A stretch of 64,000 nucleotides of DNA from Myxococcota bacterium (GTDB lineage: Bacteria; Myxococcota_A; SURF-8), in contig OZ223209.1 of the NCBI GenBank assembly GCA_965140415.1, forward strand, positions 3,680,001-3,744,000. The letters run 5' to 3'. A program made the translations under genes and the position numbers. Positions 39,835 through 48,949 of this stretch are shown here, one piece after another (the first letter of the stretch is position 1; each line of letters begins with the position of its first letter). The notes under the pieces were generated by a model, which did no database searches, was not told where the DNA came from, and saw only the letters and a program-made list of their open reading frames with translations.

Positions 39835-40437
39835 ATGCCGCGTATTATTTCCATCGTTAGTTTATTCGCCTTAATCACTGTTTTCACTTTGTCCGTTGTC
39901 CATGCCGAAGACAGTAAAAACAGCCTGCTTAAAGGAATCGGAGGAAAACAGAAAAAGAAAGCGGCTTCGATCGGCCTTTTGGTGCGCGATGACCTTAAAG
40001 AGCTGTTTTCAGTTGTTATGGACGATTATCTTGCTGAAGATAAAGAAGCCTTTCTGTCTCATTTTGCCGATCAGTTGACCATGGCAAGCCGTACCCTAAG
40101 TGGGAAAAAAGCAGCTGCCACGAAAAAAGATCTGGAAAAACGAATCGTTAGAGAGTTCAAACGCCAGGACTTCACCCAGGTTGCTTTCGAAGAAGCTTTT
40201 GATGTCGATGCACCGACCATGCTGTTTTTAATGACCGAAGAACAGATGCACGACTCGATTCCGGTCTGGTCCTTCGCGATTACACCCAAAGAAATACTTC
40301 CGTATATGAAACCCGGTGACTACCTGGTTATTGCCAATACGCTACCTTCCGCTGCGGAAAAAGTATTGCTGCCGACCACGATTTATTTCATCTTCCGCAA
40401 AATCGGCAAGGACTACGTCATCGTGGGTATGGACTAG
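39835..40437 (+). CDS. Exported hypothetical protein
   Basis: RBS AAGGAG; signal VHA-E; candidate promoter TTGACA-N18-TAGCAT at 39754-39783. Confidence 0.7.
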   Translation: MPRIISIVSLFALITVFTLSVVHAEDSKNSLLKGIGGKQKKKAASIGLLVRDDLKELFSVVMDDYLAEDKEAFLSHFADQLTMASRTLSGKKAAATKKDLEKRIVREFKRQDFTQVAFEEAFDVDAPTMLFLMTEEQMHDSIPVWSFAITPKEILPYMKPGDYLVIANTLPSAAEKVLLPTTIYFIFRKIGKDYVIVGMD

Positions 40438-40464
40438 GCTTTCCAAAATCTGGAACGATCCGAT

Positions 40465-40488
40465 CCGGCGGCGCTTGTCGCCGGTTTT
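40465..40488 (+). terminator. Rho-independent terminator
   Basis: CCGGCGGC-GCTT-GTCGCCGG-TTTT. Confidence 0.7.
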
Positions 40489-40679
40489 CATTTTATGTGT
40501 TTCATGGGGGGGTATCTCACCCTTTGAAACACCGTAAACGACATCATTTGCACCTTCCCCTTCCACTCACCCACAAAAATCCTGGAATCATACACTTTAA
40601 TCTGCCCTCTACTGCTTGAAATATGGGAGTGGCTCCCCTCGAATGGCGCTACTCCATCTTAACACATCAAGGAGTCAAA

Positions 40680-42326
40680 ATGGCCTTTCTTCATGGCGGA
40701 CAAATCGTAGCTCAGGCACTGAAGGCGGAAGGAGTCTCGCATCTTTTTACTTTATGCGGCGGTCACATTCAATCGATCTACGACGGCTGCCTGGATGAAG
40801 GCATCCGGGTTGTGGATGTACGCCACGAACAATCGGCGGTTCATGCCGCAGATGGGTGGGCACGAGTAACCGGAGAAGTAGGCGTTGCGGCGGTCACCGC
40901 CGGACCGGGAGTGACCGACTCCGTAACCGCAGTTGCCAATGCCTGGCGCGCACAAGTCCCAATCGTACTCATTGGAGGCCAGTCCGCGCACTATTACGGG
41001 CCACTAGGCGGTCAGGACCGGGGCGGCTTGCAAGATATGAATCACGTCGAATTGCTGCGACCGATTACTAAATGGTCCGTCACGGTGCCGGAATCCAGGC
41101 GCTTGGGAGAATATCTGCAAAGTGCTTTTCGCATCGCGAAAACGGGCGTTCCTGGGCCGGTCTTCCTTGAAATGCCGCTGGATCTTTTGATCGGCGGCGA
41201 TGATGAAAGCCAGGTGATACGCTACTCGAATTACGCCAATGCCAGTTCTCCCGCCGGTGATCCAGACGCAATTGAAAAAGCCGCAAAACTCTTGCAACAA
41301 GCCAAACAACCCTTGCTGGTTGTAGGCAGCCAGTTTCGCTGGTCCAAGCGTCCCCAGGGATTGTCGCGCTTTTTGGAAGCTGCAAACATTCCAACATTTT
41401 TAAATGGTATGGCTCGCGGCTCCCTGCCAAAGAACCACCCTGCCCTTTTCACGCGGGCTCGTTCCAAGGCACTGGCACAAAGCGATGTCGTACTGATCCT
41501 GGGAACGCCATTGGATTTTCGCCTGAGCTACGGAGAGAAGATCCCTGCCTCGGCCAAGCTGATCCAGGCGGATCTGGATGGCGGTGAGATCGGGCGCAAT
41601 CGCGCGGTGGATGTCGGGCTGGTTGGTGACATTGGAACCATTCTCAATCAATTGGCGGATGCAATTTCCAATCCTCCCGATTGGTCGGATTGGTTACAGC
41701 AGGTCAGAACGCTGGACAACGCGTTGATCGCCAAAACCCTCGATCAGGCGCGAAGCGACTCCGAACCGATCAACCCGCTGCGTTTATGCACGGAAGTCAA
41801 CAAGTTCATCGATGACAAAACCATCGTAGTCGGTGACGGAGGAGATTTCGTTGCGACGGCGGCGTATATGCTGAACGTACAAGGTCCGGGAAGTTGGATG
41901 GACCCCGGCCCGCTTGGAACCCTGGGTGTCGGTCCCGGCTATGCGATGGCGGCCAAGCTGGCGCGCCCGGATCATCAAGTGATACTCATGCTGGGTGACG
42001 GCTCTTTCGGCTTCAACGGCATGGAATTCGAATCGATGGTGCGACAGGGAATCAAAGTCGTTGGCATTGTGGGTAACGACGCTCGCTGGACACAGATCTG
42101 GCGCGGTCAAGCCATGATGTACGGCCCCGAACGAACTCCGGCAACGCTATTGGATTATACGCGCTACGACAAAGTGGTGGAGGGACTTGGCGGTCATGGA
42201 GAATACGTCGAAAAACTGGCCGACTTGCGCCCTGCGCTGGAACGAGCCTTTGCCAGTGACAAAGCGTCTTTAGTAAATGTCAAGATCGGGGAAAGCGACT
42301 TCCGCAAAGACGCCATCAGTGTGTAG
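40680..42326 (+). CDS. Thiamine diphosphate enzyme, ILVBL/2-hydroxyacyl-CoA lyase-like
   Basis: [35 protein letters not shown]...N TPP motif; start ATG 40680 (RBS AAGGAG). Confidence 0.88.
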   Translation: MAFLHGGQIVAQALKAEGVSHLFTLCGGHIQSIYDGCLDEGIRVVDVRHEQSAVHAADGWARVTGEVGVAAVTAGPGVTDSVTAVANAWRAQVPIVLIGGQSAHYYGPLGGQDRGGLQDMNHVELLRPITKWSVTVPESRRLGEYLQSAFRIAKTGVPGPVFLEMPLDLLIGGDDESQVIRYSNYANASSPAGDPDAIEKAAKLLQQAKQPLLVVGSQFRWSKRPQGLSRFLEAANIPTFLNGMARGSLPKNHPALFTRARSKALAQSDVVLILGTPLDFRLSYGEKIPASAKLIQADLDGGEIGRNRAVDVGLVGDIGTILNQLADAISNPPDWSDWLQQVRTLDNALIAKTLDQARSDSEPINPLRLCTEVNKFIDDKTIVVGDGGDFVATAAYMLNVQGPGSWMDPGPLGTLGVGPGYAMAAKLARPDHQVILMLGDGSFGFNGMEFESMVRQGIKVVGIVGNDARWTQIWRGQAMMYGPERTPATLLDYTRYDKVVEGLGGHGEYVEKLADLRPALERAFASDKASLVNVKIGESDFRKDAISV

Positions 42327-42334
42327 CCTGTCAG

Positions 42335-42363
42335 AAAAAACCGGCGTCCACTTGGGACGCCGG
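42335..42363 (-). terminator. Intrinsic terminator between convergent genes
   Basis: CCGGCGTCC / GGACGCCGG stem with U tract on the minus strand. Confidence 0.8.
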
Positions 42364-42389
42364 ATAAGAAAAGCAAATTAATCCCCGAA

Positions 42390-43829
42390 TCAGGCTTCGG
42401 CACTTTCCGCTTTACCTTTTCCGTCTTCGATAGCCCACTGCGCCCCCTTCAAGAACCAGGGCTTGAGCATAATGGCGATTACAACGCCAATCACCGCAAA
42501 CGTTCCCAGAATCAACCACATCGCCGCTGGTTGCTGCCAAAATGGAACCGTGCCTTCCACCATTTTCTCGCCGATACCTTCCGGCGACCAGCGCAATAAC
42601 ATATGGCCGCTTAATACACTCACTATGGTTTTGGCTAAGAACCAGGGGATCATGGTGAATCCGAGATAGGTACCCTCCTGGCCTTTGGGAGCAACCGCCG
42701 CCGTATACTCGGAAAGTTTGGGCGACCAGATAATTTCACCAATGCTTAGCACAACCAGAAAAATCACCGCCATGATGTAATGGGCAGTGGCGATATCGGA
42801 ACTATACACTTGCCAGGGAACCACCAGTGCGAATAGCGACAGTGCGGATACCATCGCTCCATAGGTGAGCATCTTGAATAAATTGAACTTATTGGCAATC
42901 GGAACGAAAAGAATCAGACCAACTACGATCAGAATCGGGTTGACGGCATTCAGGGTACCGATATTGGCATCCGCTCCAATGGTGCGCAACCAGTATTTTG
43001 GCATCAGCAGGTAGAAATATGCAAAAACGGCACGGACACCAAGCAGCAAGGCGATAAGAGCCGTTAATTTCCAGAAAGCGCTTTCACGGAAAACTTCTTT
43101 TGCGATCTGGAAAGGATTTTTACGTTCAGTCTGAACTTCCGTAGGTTCTTCTTCCCTCTCTTCGCCCTCGCCGAAAAGTTGGTCTTCATTTCTCACAAAG
43201 AAAAGAGTTGTGATTACACATAATATCGCCAATATCGCACCCATGGTGAACAGATGCGAATTCGGCAACTCCAACACTTTGCGCACGATATCGATTGAGA
43301 AACCACCAGCCGCCGCACCGATATTCATGAACAGGTACCAAAGAGTAAACCCGGCGCTACGACTTTTCTTGGTTGTGAAACGCTTGTTGGCTGCCTGGAA
43401 AACGGTTTGCATCATGGCCATGAAGGGCGCCATTAAAAAGAACATGCCTGCAACCAGCGCACCACGATAGGGAATGGTTTCCACCAATCCGCATACCGCA
43501 ATTCCGGCACGTAGAGCGAACATAAAGAACATGGCAATGTAAATCGATCGTTTGATTCCCAACCAATCTGTCACCAGACCGGAAATGAACAGGAATAGTG
43601 TCGTCGCCGACGTGAACAAGGTAACCACATATCCGGCATCGGCATCGTCAAAACCCAGATCTTCCGAAAGAAAGACGGCGGCAATGGTGATCAACGCAAA
43701 GAAAATGGTGCAATCCAGGAAATTGACAATCTGGATTCCCCAGTATTCCGAGCGTGTTTCTTTAAGCACCTTGAAATCGTTCAGGTAATTTCGGATCATA
43801 GAAGAAGCGGAAGATCCCGACGTCGACAT
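42390..43829 (-). CDS. MFS transporter (peptide-transporter-like)
   Basis: About 12 TMs; GLVTDWLGIKRS motif A; FTLWYLFMNIGA; SIGE..WSP...APKGQEG.Y. Confidence 0.88.
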   Translation of the reverse strand: MSTSGSSASSMIRNYLNDFKVLKETRSEYWGIQIVNFLDCTIFFALITIAAVFLSEDLGFDDADAGYVVTLFTSATTLFLFISGLVTDWLGIKRSIYIAMFFMFALRAGIAVCGLVETIPYRGALVAGMFFLMAPFMAMMQTVFQAANKRFTTKKSRSAGFTLWYLFMNIGAAAGGFSIDIVRKVLELPNSHLFTMGAILAILCVITTLFFVRNEDQLFGEGEEREEEPTEVQTERKNPFQIAKEVFRESAFWKLTALIALLLGVRAVFAYFYLLMPKYWLRTIGADANIGTLNAVNPILIVVGLILFVPIANKFNLFKMLTYGAMVSALSLFALVVPWQVYSSDIATAHYIMAVIFLVVLSIGEIIWSPKLSEYTAAVAPKGQEGTYLGFTMIPWFLAKTIVSVLSGHMLLRWSPEGIGEKMVEGTVPFWQQPAAMWLILGTFAVIGVVIAIMLKPWFLKGAQWAIEDGKGKAESAEA

Positions 43830-43937
43830 AGTCACCTCGCTATTTACTGTGATGATTTAGACCGGACACCAAATCTCGTGTAACAATTCGGTTCATCGAA
43901 AATACGCCATTTTTCGTTTTCAATCAAGAGATGCCAC

Positions 43938-43971
43938 AAAAAAAACGACGGACCCGAGGGCCCGCCGTTTT
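43938..43971 (-). terminator. Rho-independent terminator
   Basis: A-tract plus imperfect ACGACGGACCC/GGGCCCGCCGT hairpin (G-U pairs on the minus strand), 20 nt past the stop of 43992..47069. Confidence 0.7.
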
Positions 43972-43991
43972 CATCGTCGATAAACGTTCCG

Positions 43992-46900
43992 TTACCGGCT
44001 GTACAAAGTAGAACAGGAATCGGTTGCGTTGTACATTTCCTGGGCGCTGTCGCACCAGATGGAACGCTGCGTGTAACTGTCATTCGGATCGAACACACCA
44101 CCCAACGTAGTGATGAAGGGGTTGGCGTAGGGATTCTGTTCGACGGAGCTGTAGGGATTGGAACCGTTGCACTTGCAGAAGTTACCCACGATCGTGGCGC
44201 AGGTCTTGCTGGTCGGCTCATCAACACAGTCGCTGTCGGTGGAGCAAGGGGTCGTCGGATTACATTCGTCCGGCGTACCGGTACCCGTGACACAGGAGGA
44301 GCAGAACTTGCCCCAGTCGCGAGCCTCGCAGGTATACTCGTTGGCATACCAGCCCTGGCACTCTTCCGTGTTTTCACATTTGGTCTGGGTCCAACCCGCA
44401 CAAATCGGAGCGACCGTACCTTCATCCTCCGTGGCATCCCATTCGATGTCCGCCACCTTCCAGTAGGTATTGGTGTAGGAGAATTCCTGGGCAATGCCCT
44501 TCTTCAGAGCCAGTTCACCATTAAGGTAGATCTGCACGAAGGCCTTGACCGGCGCATTGGGAGATTCATCGCCAACGGCGTTATCCGGATCGGCGTACAA
44601 ACGAGCCACGATGCGGTAGGTGCCGGATACCGGCTCTTTCAGGGAGATGTTTTCCGGTCCCCAACCATCGACATCATCGATGTCCAGGCTCGGGTCGTCT
44701 TCCTGGCTGTTGGCCACACAGGAACCACCTTCACCACAGAGATACTGGCTGCTCTTGGTCAGACACTGCGAAGAGCTATCACAGGTGAAATCGCAGGAAC
44801 TGTTGGCGGTATCGCAGGTAAACACATCGGCATTGGGACCGTTGCATTCGGCATCGCCGTTGCAACTCACGTCCGGCGCAGAATATTCACCCCAGCGCGG
44901 CGTACCGTTGAGGAAGAAGCAGGTGTCGTTGACAGACAGGGAATCACGCCGCGTACAGATCATACGATAACCGGTAGCCCCGACTTTACTGGGGTTACAG
45001 TAACCGCCGTTGCAGTCGTCATCGGATTCGCACTCGATAACCTTTTCCAGACTGACCGCACACTGGTTGTAGTCGTTGCAGAACCAACCACCGTTGATGG
45101 CTTTGCACTGCTCATCCGTATCGCAAGAATTCTCGCAATAAGTGCCACCGCAGGTAAAATGTCCCGGACAATCATCATCGGTGGTGCAAGCGCCCATAGT
45201 CGGAGCGGTCGGTTCGATTTTATCCTGGAAAGCCGCAGGAACACCAAAGGTACCGTCGTCACGATAACGCACCAGGAACAAGTCCAGATCGACGTTGTCG
45301 CCACGATCCCAGATCAACTCGACGTGCAGTTTCTGCGACGGTTTGACCAGGACGCATTTTTCGTCGTATTCCGGGCAATCCGGACAATCGGCATCAGGAC
45401 CGCTTTCCACGCCAGCCGCATCCTTCACATAAAGACGGAAGCAGTATTCACCGGCGATGGGGAATTTGATTTTCGGGGAGCTTTCGTCCGTCCATTCACC
45501 CATGATGGAAACCGGATTATCGAAGGAACCCGTTGTACCGTCCACGAGTACGGCGTCCTGAGCGAAGGCAGGTTTTCCACCCGGAGCCCATTCCCACTTG
45601 TAGGTGAAGGGCTGACGGCTTTCGCCGAAAGGTGAGTAGGACTTGCTGCCATCCAGATGGATGTCATCCAAAGGCTCGGGATTGGCATAGTCCGCCGGGA
45701 TCTCGATCACAGGAATAGGCGGTCCACCCTTGTTCTCCGGGACCGTAATCGTAACTTCACGAGCCGCCGTGCCGCCCTCTTCCGCCGAACTCAGAATGTT
45801 CATCGTGTATTCTTTGGCCGTCAGCACCTGGCCGACCGGATAGTCGCTGGCTTTGTGCGGCGCATACAGAACACGCATGGGCAGTTGATCCATTTTCACC
45901 AGGTCAGGATCGATCGAGAGCAAATCGGAACGGAACGCGCCGTCCTGGTAGCAGGACTCGGTCGCCGGAATCGGATCCATCAGCATCACGGTGTACTGAT
46001 TGACCAGTTTGTTGCTATCGCAGAAGGCCACGTACTGGTTCTGGCCCTGATCGATGTGGGAGACCATCAAACGATAATTGGCCTGGCTTCTGGAATGCAG
46101 CATCACGCCGCTGCCGTTGTTGTCGTCTTCGATATTGTTCATTTTCAGTTTCAGCGCGATCTGATCGCAACGATTCAGACCGTACAACCCGTCCACGGGA
46201 GTTTTCGTGTTGGTGTCTTCGTCGAACAGGCACAGCGCCTCGCCGTTGATTCCCTGCCAGACCGCCGCGCGGTCCGTTTTAACTTCGCTGGAATCCACCG
46301 CGACCAAACGTTCGAAACCGTATTCCACCGACAAGTCAACTTTGATGTCCGTACCGCACACCTTGGTGGTGTTACAGACTTCACTACCGGTTTCCGCGTT
46401 GGTGCTGCATACGCTGCCTTCATCGAGGCAAACGAAGTCGGGTCCGAAACGGGCGCAATCTTCAACTGTGCCACAGTTGTATTCCGTCGCGCCGCCCCAT
46501 TCCGAAACACCGGAAGCATCGGCACGATTGAAATATTTGTAATACGCCGTGCAGGTGCTCTGAGGATTGTCCAGTTCCAGTGGATCGTGAACGCAGGTGA
46601 ACATTTCACCCATGCGATTGGCATTGGAATCGCATTCGGCTTCTTCCGGGTCGCAATGACAATCGGAATCGACTTCACAGGTCACGTCGCTGGTAATACC
46701 CATCGAAAAATAGGTGTACTGAATGGCAGTGCCATCGCCCTGCTTTTGAGCAAGCTGAGCCATGGTAATGGACTGATCCAACACGGTTTTCTGGGTTTTG
46801 TTCAACAAACCACCGGTGGAATCTTCGAAATTGATTTCGAAAATTTCCAGGCGCGCAGAAGTACTGTCGTTGGTAAGCAGCACTTCCTCAACGTAGGAAG

Positions 46901-47069
46901 CCGGCTTTTGCAGATCGAGTTCGATCACATCAGGTTGCACCTTGATCGAAGCCACCGGCGTAAAGCGGTGCTCATTGCAACCCATCGTCGCGATGCCCAG
47001 AATCAGCACGGCGACCAGCGCCAGCGCCAGGGACACGCCACTGACAAGATTTCGTTTGGGGGACAACAT
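43992..47069 (-). CDS. Giant Cys-rich lipoprotein with PKD/Ig-like and YfaP-like domains
   Basis: Start ATG 47069 (RBS GGAGG); lipobox TMGC; IHLDGSKSYSP..TYKWEW (PKD-like); LHVELIWD...DLDLFL and DPSLDIDD.DGWGPENI (YfaP-like); many C...DC repeats. Confidence 0.8.
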   Translation of the reverse strand: MLSPKRNLVSGVSLALALVAVLILGIATMGCNEHRFTPVASIKVQPDVIELDLQKPASYVEEVLLTNDSTSARLEIFEINFEDSTGGLLNKTQKTVLDQSITMAQLAQKQGDGTAIQYTYFSMGITSDVTCEVDSDCHCDPEEAECDSNANRMGEMFTCVHDPLELDNPQSTCTAYYKYFNRADASGVSEWGGATEYNCGTVEDCARFGPDFVCLDEGSVCSTNAETGSEVCNTTKVCGTDIKVDLSVEYGFERLVAVDSSEVKTDRAAVWQGINGEALCLFDEDTNTKTPVDGLYGLNRCDQIALKLKMNNIEDDNNGSGVMLHSRSQANYRLMVSHIDQGQNQYVAFCDSNKLVNQYTVMLMDPIPATESCYQDGAFRSDLLSIDPDLVKMDQLPMRVLYAPHKASDYPVGQVLTAKEYTMNILSSAEEGGTAAREVTITVPENKGGPPIPVIEIPADYANPEPLDDIHLDGSKSYSPFGESRQPFTYKWEWAPGGKPAFAQDAVLVDGTTGSFDNPVSIMGEWTDESSPKIKFPIAGEYCFRLYVKDAAGVESGPDADCPDCPEYDEKCVLVKPSQKLHVELIWDRGDNVDLDLFLVRYRDDGTFGVPAAFQDKIEPTAPTMGACTTDDDCPGHFTCGGTYCENSCDTDEQCKAINGGWFCNDYNQCAVSLEKVIECESDDDCNGGYCNPSKVGATGYRMICTRRDSLSVNDTCFFLNGTPRWGEYSAPDVSCNGDAECNGPNADVFTCDTANSSCDFTCDSSSQCLTKSSQYLCGEGGSCVANSQEDDPSLDIDDVDGWGPENISLKEPVSGTYRIVARLYADPDNAVGDESPNAPVKAFVQIYLNGELALKKGIAQEFSYTNTYWKVADIEWDATEDEGTVAPICAGWTQTKCENTEECQGWYANEYTCEARDWGKFCSSCVTGTGTPDECNPTTPCSTDSDCVDEPTSKTCATIVGNFCKCNGSNPYSSVEQNPYANPFITTLGGVFDPNDSYTQRSIWCDSAQEMYNATDSCSTLYSR

Positions 47070-47482
47070 GGACAAGCCTCCTTTAACTCCCAATTTTCGG
47101 ACAGAATCACTGAAAATCATTACACAATTTTGCTCTGCCAAGGCAGTCGCTTGTGAGAATCTATTTGGTTAGTTGCAACCCGGAGCCGATTTCTTTCATA
47201 AAAAATGCACCTGCCATGCACAAATCGTTCACAGTGGCTTGCACCGGGTTTCGGTGCAGCAAATTACCATAGCGAAAGAAACTGTGCAACATAAAAATAT
47301 CAAGGGCTTGCATCAGGGGGACGGATCAAACGCATCCATTGAATGGAGCAAAAAACGGTGCAAGATATTTCATGTTCCCAGCAAACAGCCATTCAACAGC
47401 ACAAACGCCGTATCCCACTGAATTCACAGGAAATATCCTACTATTGTGCTCCGCTCCTTCTAAAGAACAATCAGATCACACT

Positions 47483-48625
47483 TTATTTTGGGAAGGTCTT
47501 ACAGCAATAGGCACCCAATTTTTCCGAATCGACATCGGCTTCCCCATCGAAATCGTCATCATCATCCGTACGATTGACATATAGCGCCTTATTGTCTCCC
47601 GTTCGATCCTTCAACCAGAAACCACTGTAAAGATTACTCATTCCATAATGTTTAGCCAAGTAAAGTTCCTCATAGGAACACAACCCGTCATAGTTTAAGC
47701 ATCGCTGTACAGCCTCATTCCAAGTCGCGCAGTCACTCGCACACATAAGAATTGGATGTACACACACCAGTTTGTTATGAAAGTTCAATGCATATTCATT
47801 CTGACCACAACTCGGCTCCTGTTTTCCACAATCCTCGACCGTGCAGGAACTGTCTCCGTTAATATCCTCCGCAGAATCGCAGACATTGTCCTCATCCAGA
47901 TCCCAGCAGTGAATGCCCGGCGCTCCCTGCTGCCCCGTTTCGCCATCCTCACCATTGCAAACAAACTGTGAATCGCCGCTGCCAATGGAAAACCCGACAC
48001 CGCCGTTGGGACAATCGGCCACATCCGCCGACCAGCTCACAACCGATTCACCAGCGTCACCTTGCAATCCTTGATCACCTGTATCGCCCTTGTCGCCCTT
48101 GTCGCCCTTGTCGCCCTTCGGCCCTGGATCGCCTTGCGGTCCCTGCAAACCGGTTGGATCACCAACCCATTGGCCGTTTTCATTAATCACCACCGATCCT
48201 CCCACACTCACCGTCTGCGGTGTGATGGCACCCACGGCATTATTGGCCACATCGGCCATCGCCGCATAAGGAACGGAAGAAATCGGAGTGCGCGGAGACA
48301 ATTCATCTCCTTCCCCCACTTTTACTCCCAGCCACAAACTGGAGCCGTCAAATACATTAGCGTCTAATGGGTTGGATTCGCCTCCCAGCAACACGACAAA
48401 AGCTCCCTGCTCCAATGTGGCAGATAACGTCTGCGTCCAGCGGGAATCCGTTCCGTCTTCCGATCCGTAAATCGTAAAGGTTAGCGACTGCTCGCCCGAC
48501 AGCGGCACGTTACTGGCATCCGTCAAATATCCCTTAAACTGCATATGGTTAGGGGCACTAGCATGAGCGACACCACCTAAAACGACCATCAAAGCCAAAA
48601 GCAACCACAAGCTTCGAACTTGCAT
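47483..48625 (-). CDS. Exported collagen-like fibre protein with C-type-lectin-like tip
   Basis: Signal AHA-S; N-domain QFKGYLTD...LTFTIY...LWLGVKV...LSPRTPISSVPYA; Gly-X-Y repeats; C-terminal TWNEAVQRC...LCSYEE...W...YCC. Confidence 0.75.
   Translation of the reverse strand: MQVRSLWLLLALMVVLGGVAHASAPNHMQFKGYLTDASNVPLSGEQSLTFTIYGSEDGTDSRWTQTLSATLEQGAFVVLLGGESNPLDANVFDGSSLWLGVKVGEGDELSPRTPISSVPYAAMADVANNAVGAITPQTVSVGGSVVINENGQWVGDPTGLQGPQGDPGPKGDKGDKGDKGDTGDQGLQGDAGESVVSWSADVADCPNGGVGFSIGSGDSQFVCNGEDGETGQQGAPGIHCWDLDEDNVCDSAEDINGDSSCTVEDCGKQEPSCGQNEYALNFHNKLVCVHPILMCASDCATWNEAVQRCLNYDGLCSYEELYLAKHYGMSNLYSGFWLKDRTGDNKALYVNRTDDDDDFDGEADVDSEKLGAYCCKTFPK
48084..48118. repeat. 9-nt tandem repeat (tcgcccttg, about 4 copies) encoding GDK
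   Basis: Visible directly in the collagen segment. Confidence 0.85.
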
Positions 48626-48949
48626 ATCTTTCTCCATTAACTCAGGTTTCGGAAGAATTGCATCCCATGGCAATAACGGAAAACAGCAGAATCACACATA
48701 AGGCACGGAAAAAGCCGCCACTCATGGCCTTCCCCTTGAAAAAACAGAATATGAATTTCGCGAGCTTATTTATGGAGAAAGAATAGTCTGCTCTTTTCCG
48801 TAAATGCAAGCCAAAAGCACGATCGTCCAATCGTATACAAAATACAACGGGAGATGGTGCCACATTGAAATTGCGCAGTTCTTGACACTATTCACTATAT
48901 GAAGTAGAGTTTTCCAAATTCTGGTCCTGAGATGTGAGACAACAACAGC

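Noticed and set aside
40560-40679. TPP riboswitch upstream of the TPP enzyme
   Set aside because: Only a small hairpin; the conserved CUGAGA core is absent.
45657-47156. 499-aa plus-strand ORF
   Set aside because: Shadow of the giant lipoprotein gene.
47172-47190. sigma54 promoter upstream of the giant lipoprotein
   Set aside because: GG-to-GC spacing is one base short of the -24/-12 consensus.
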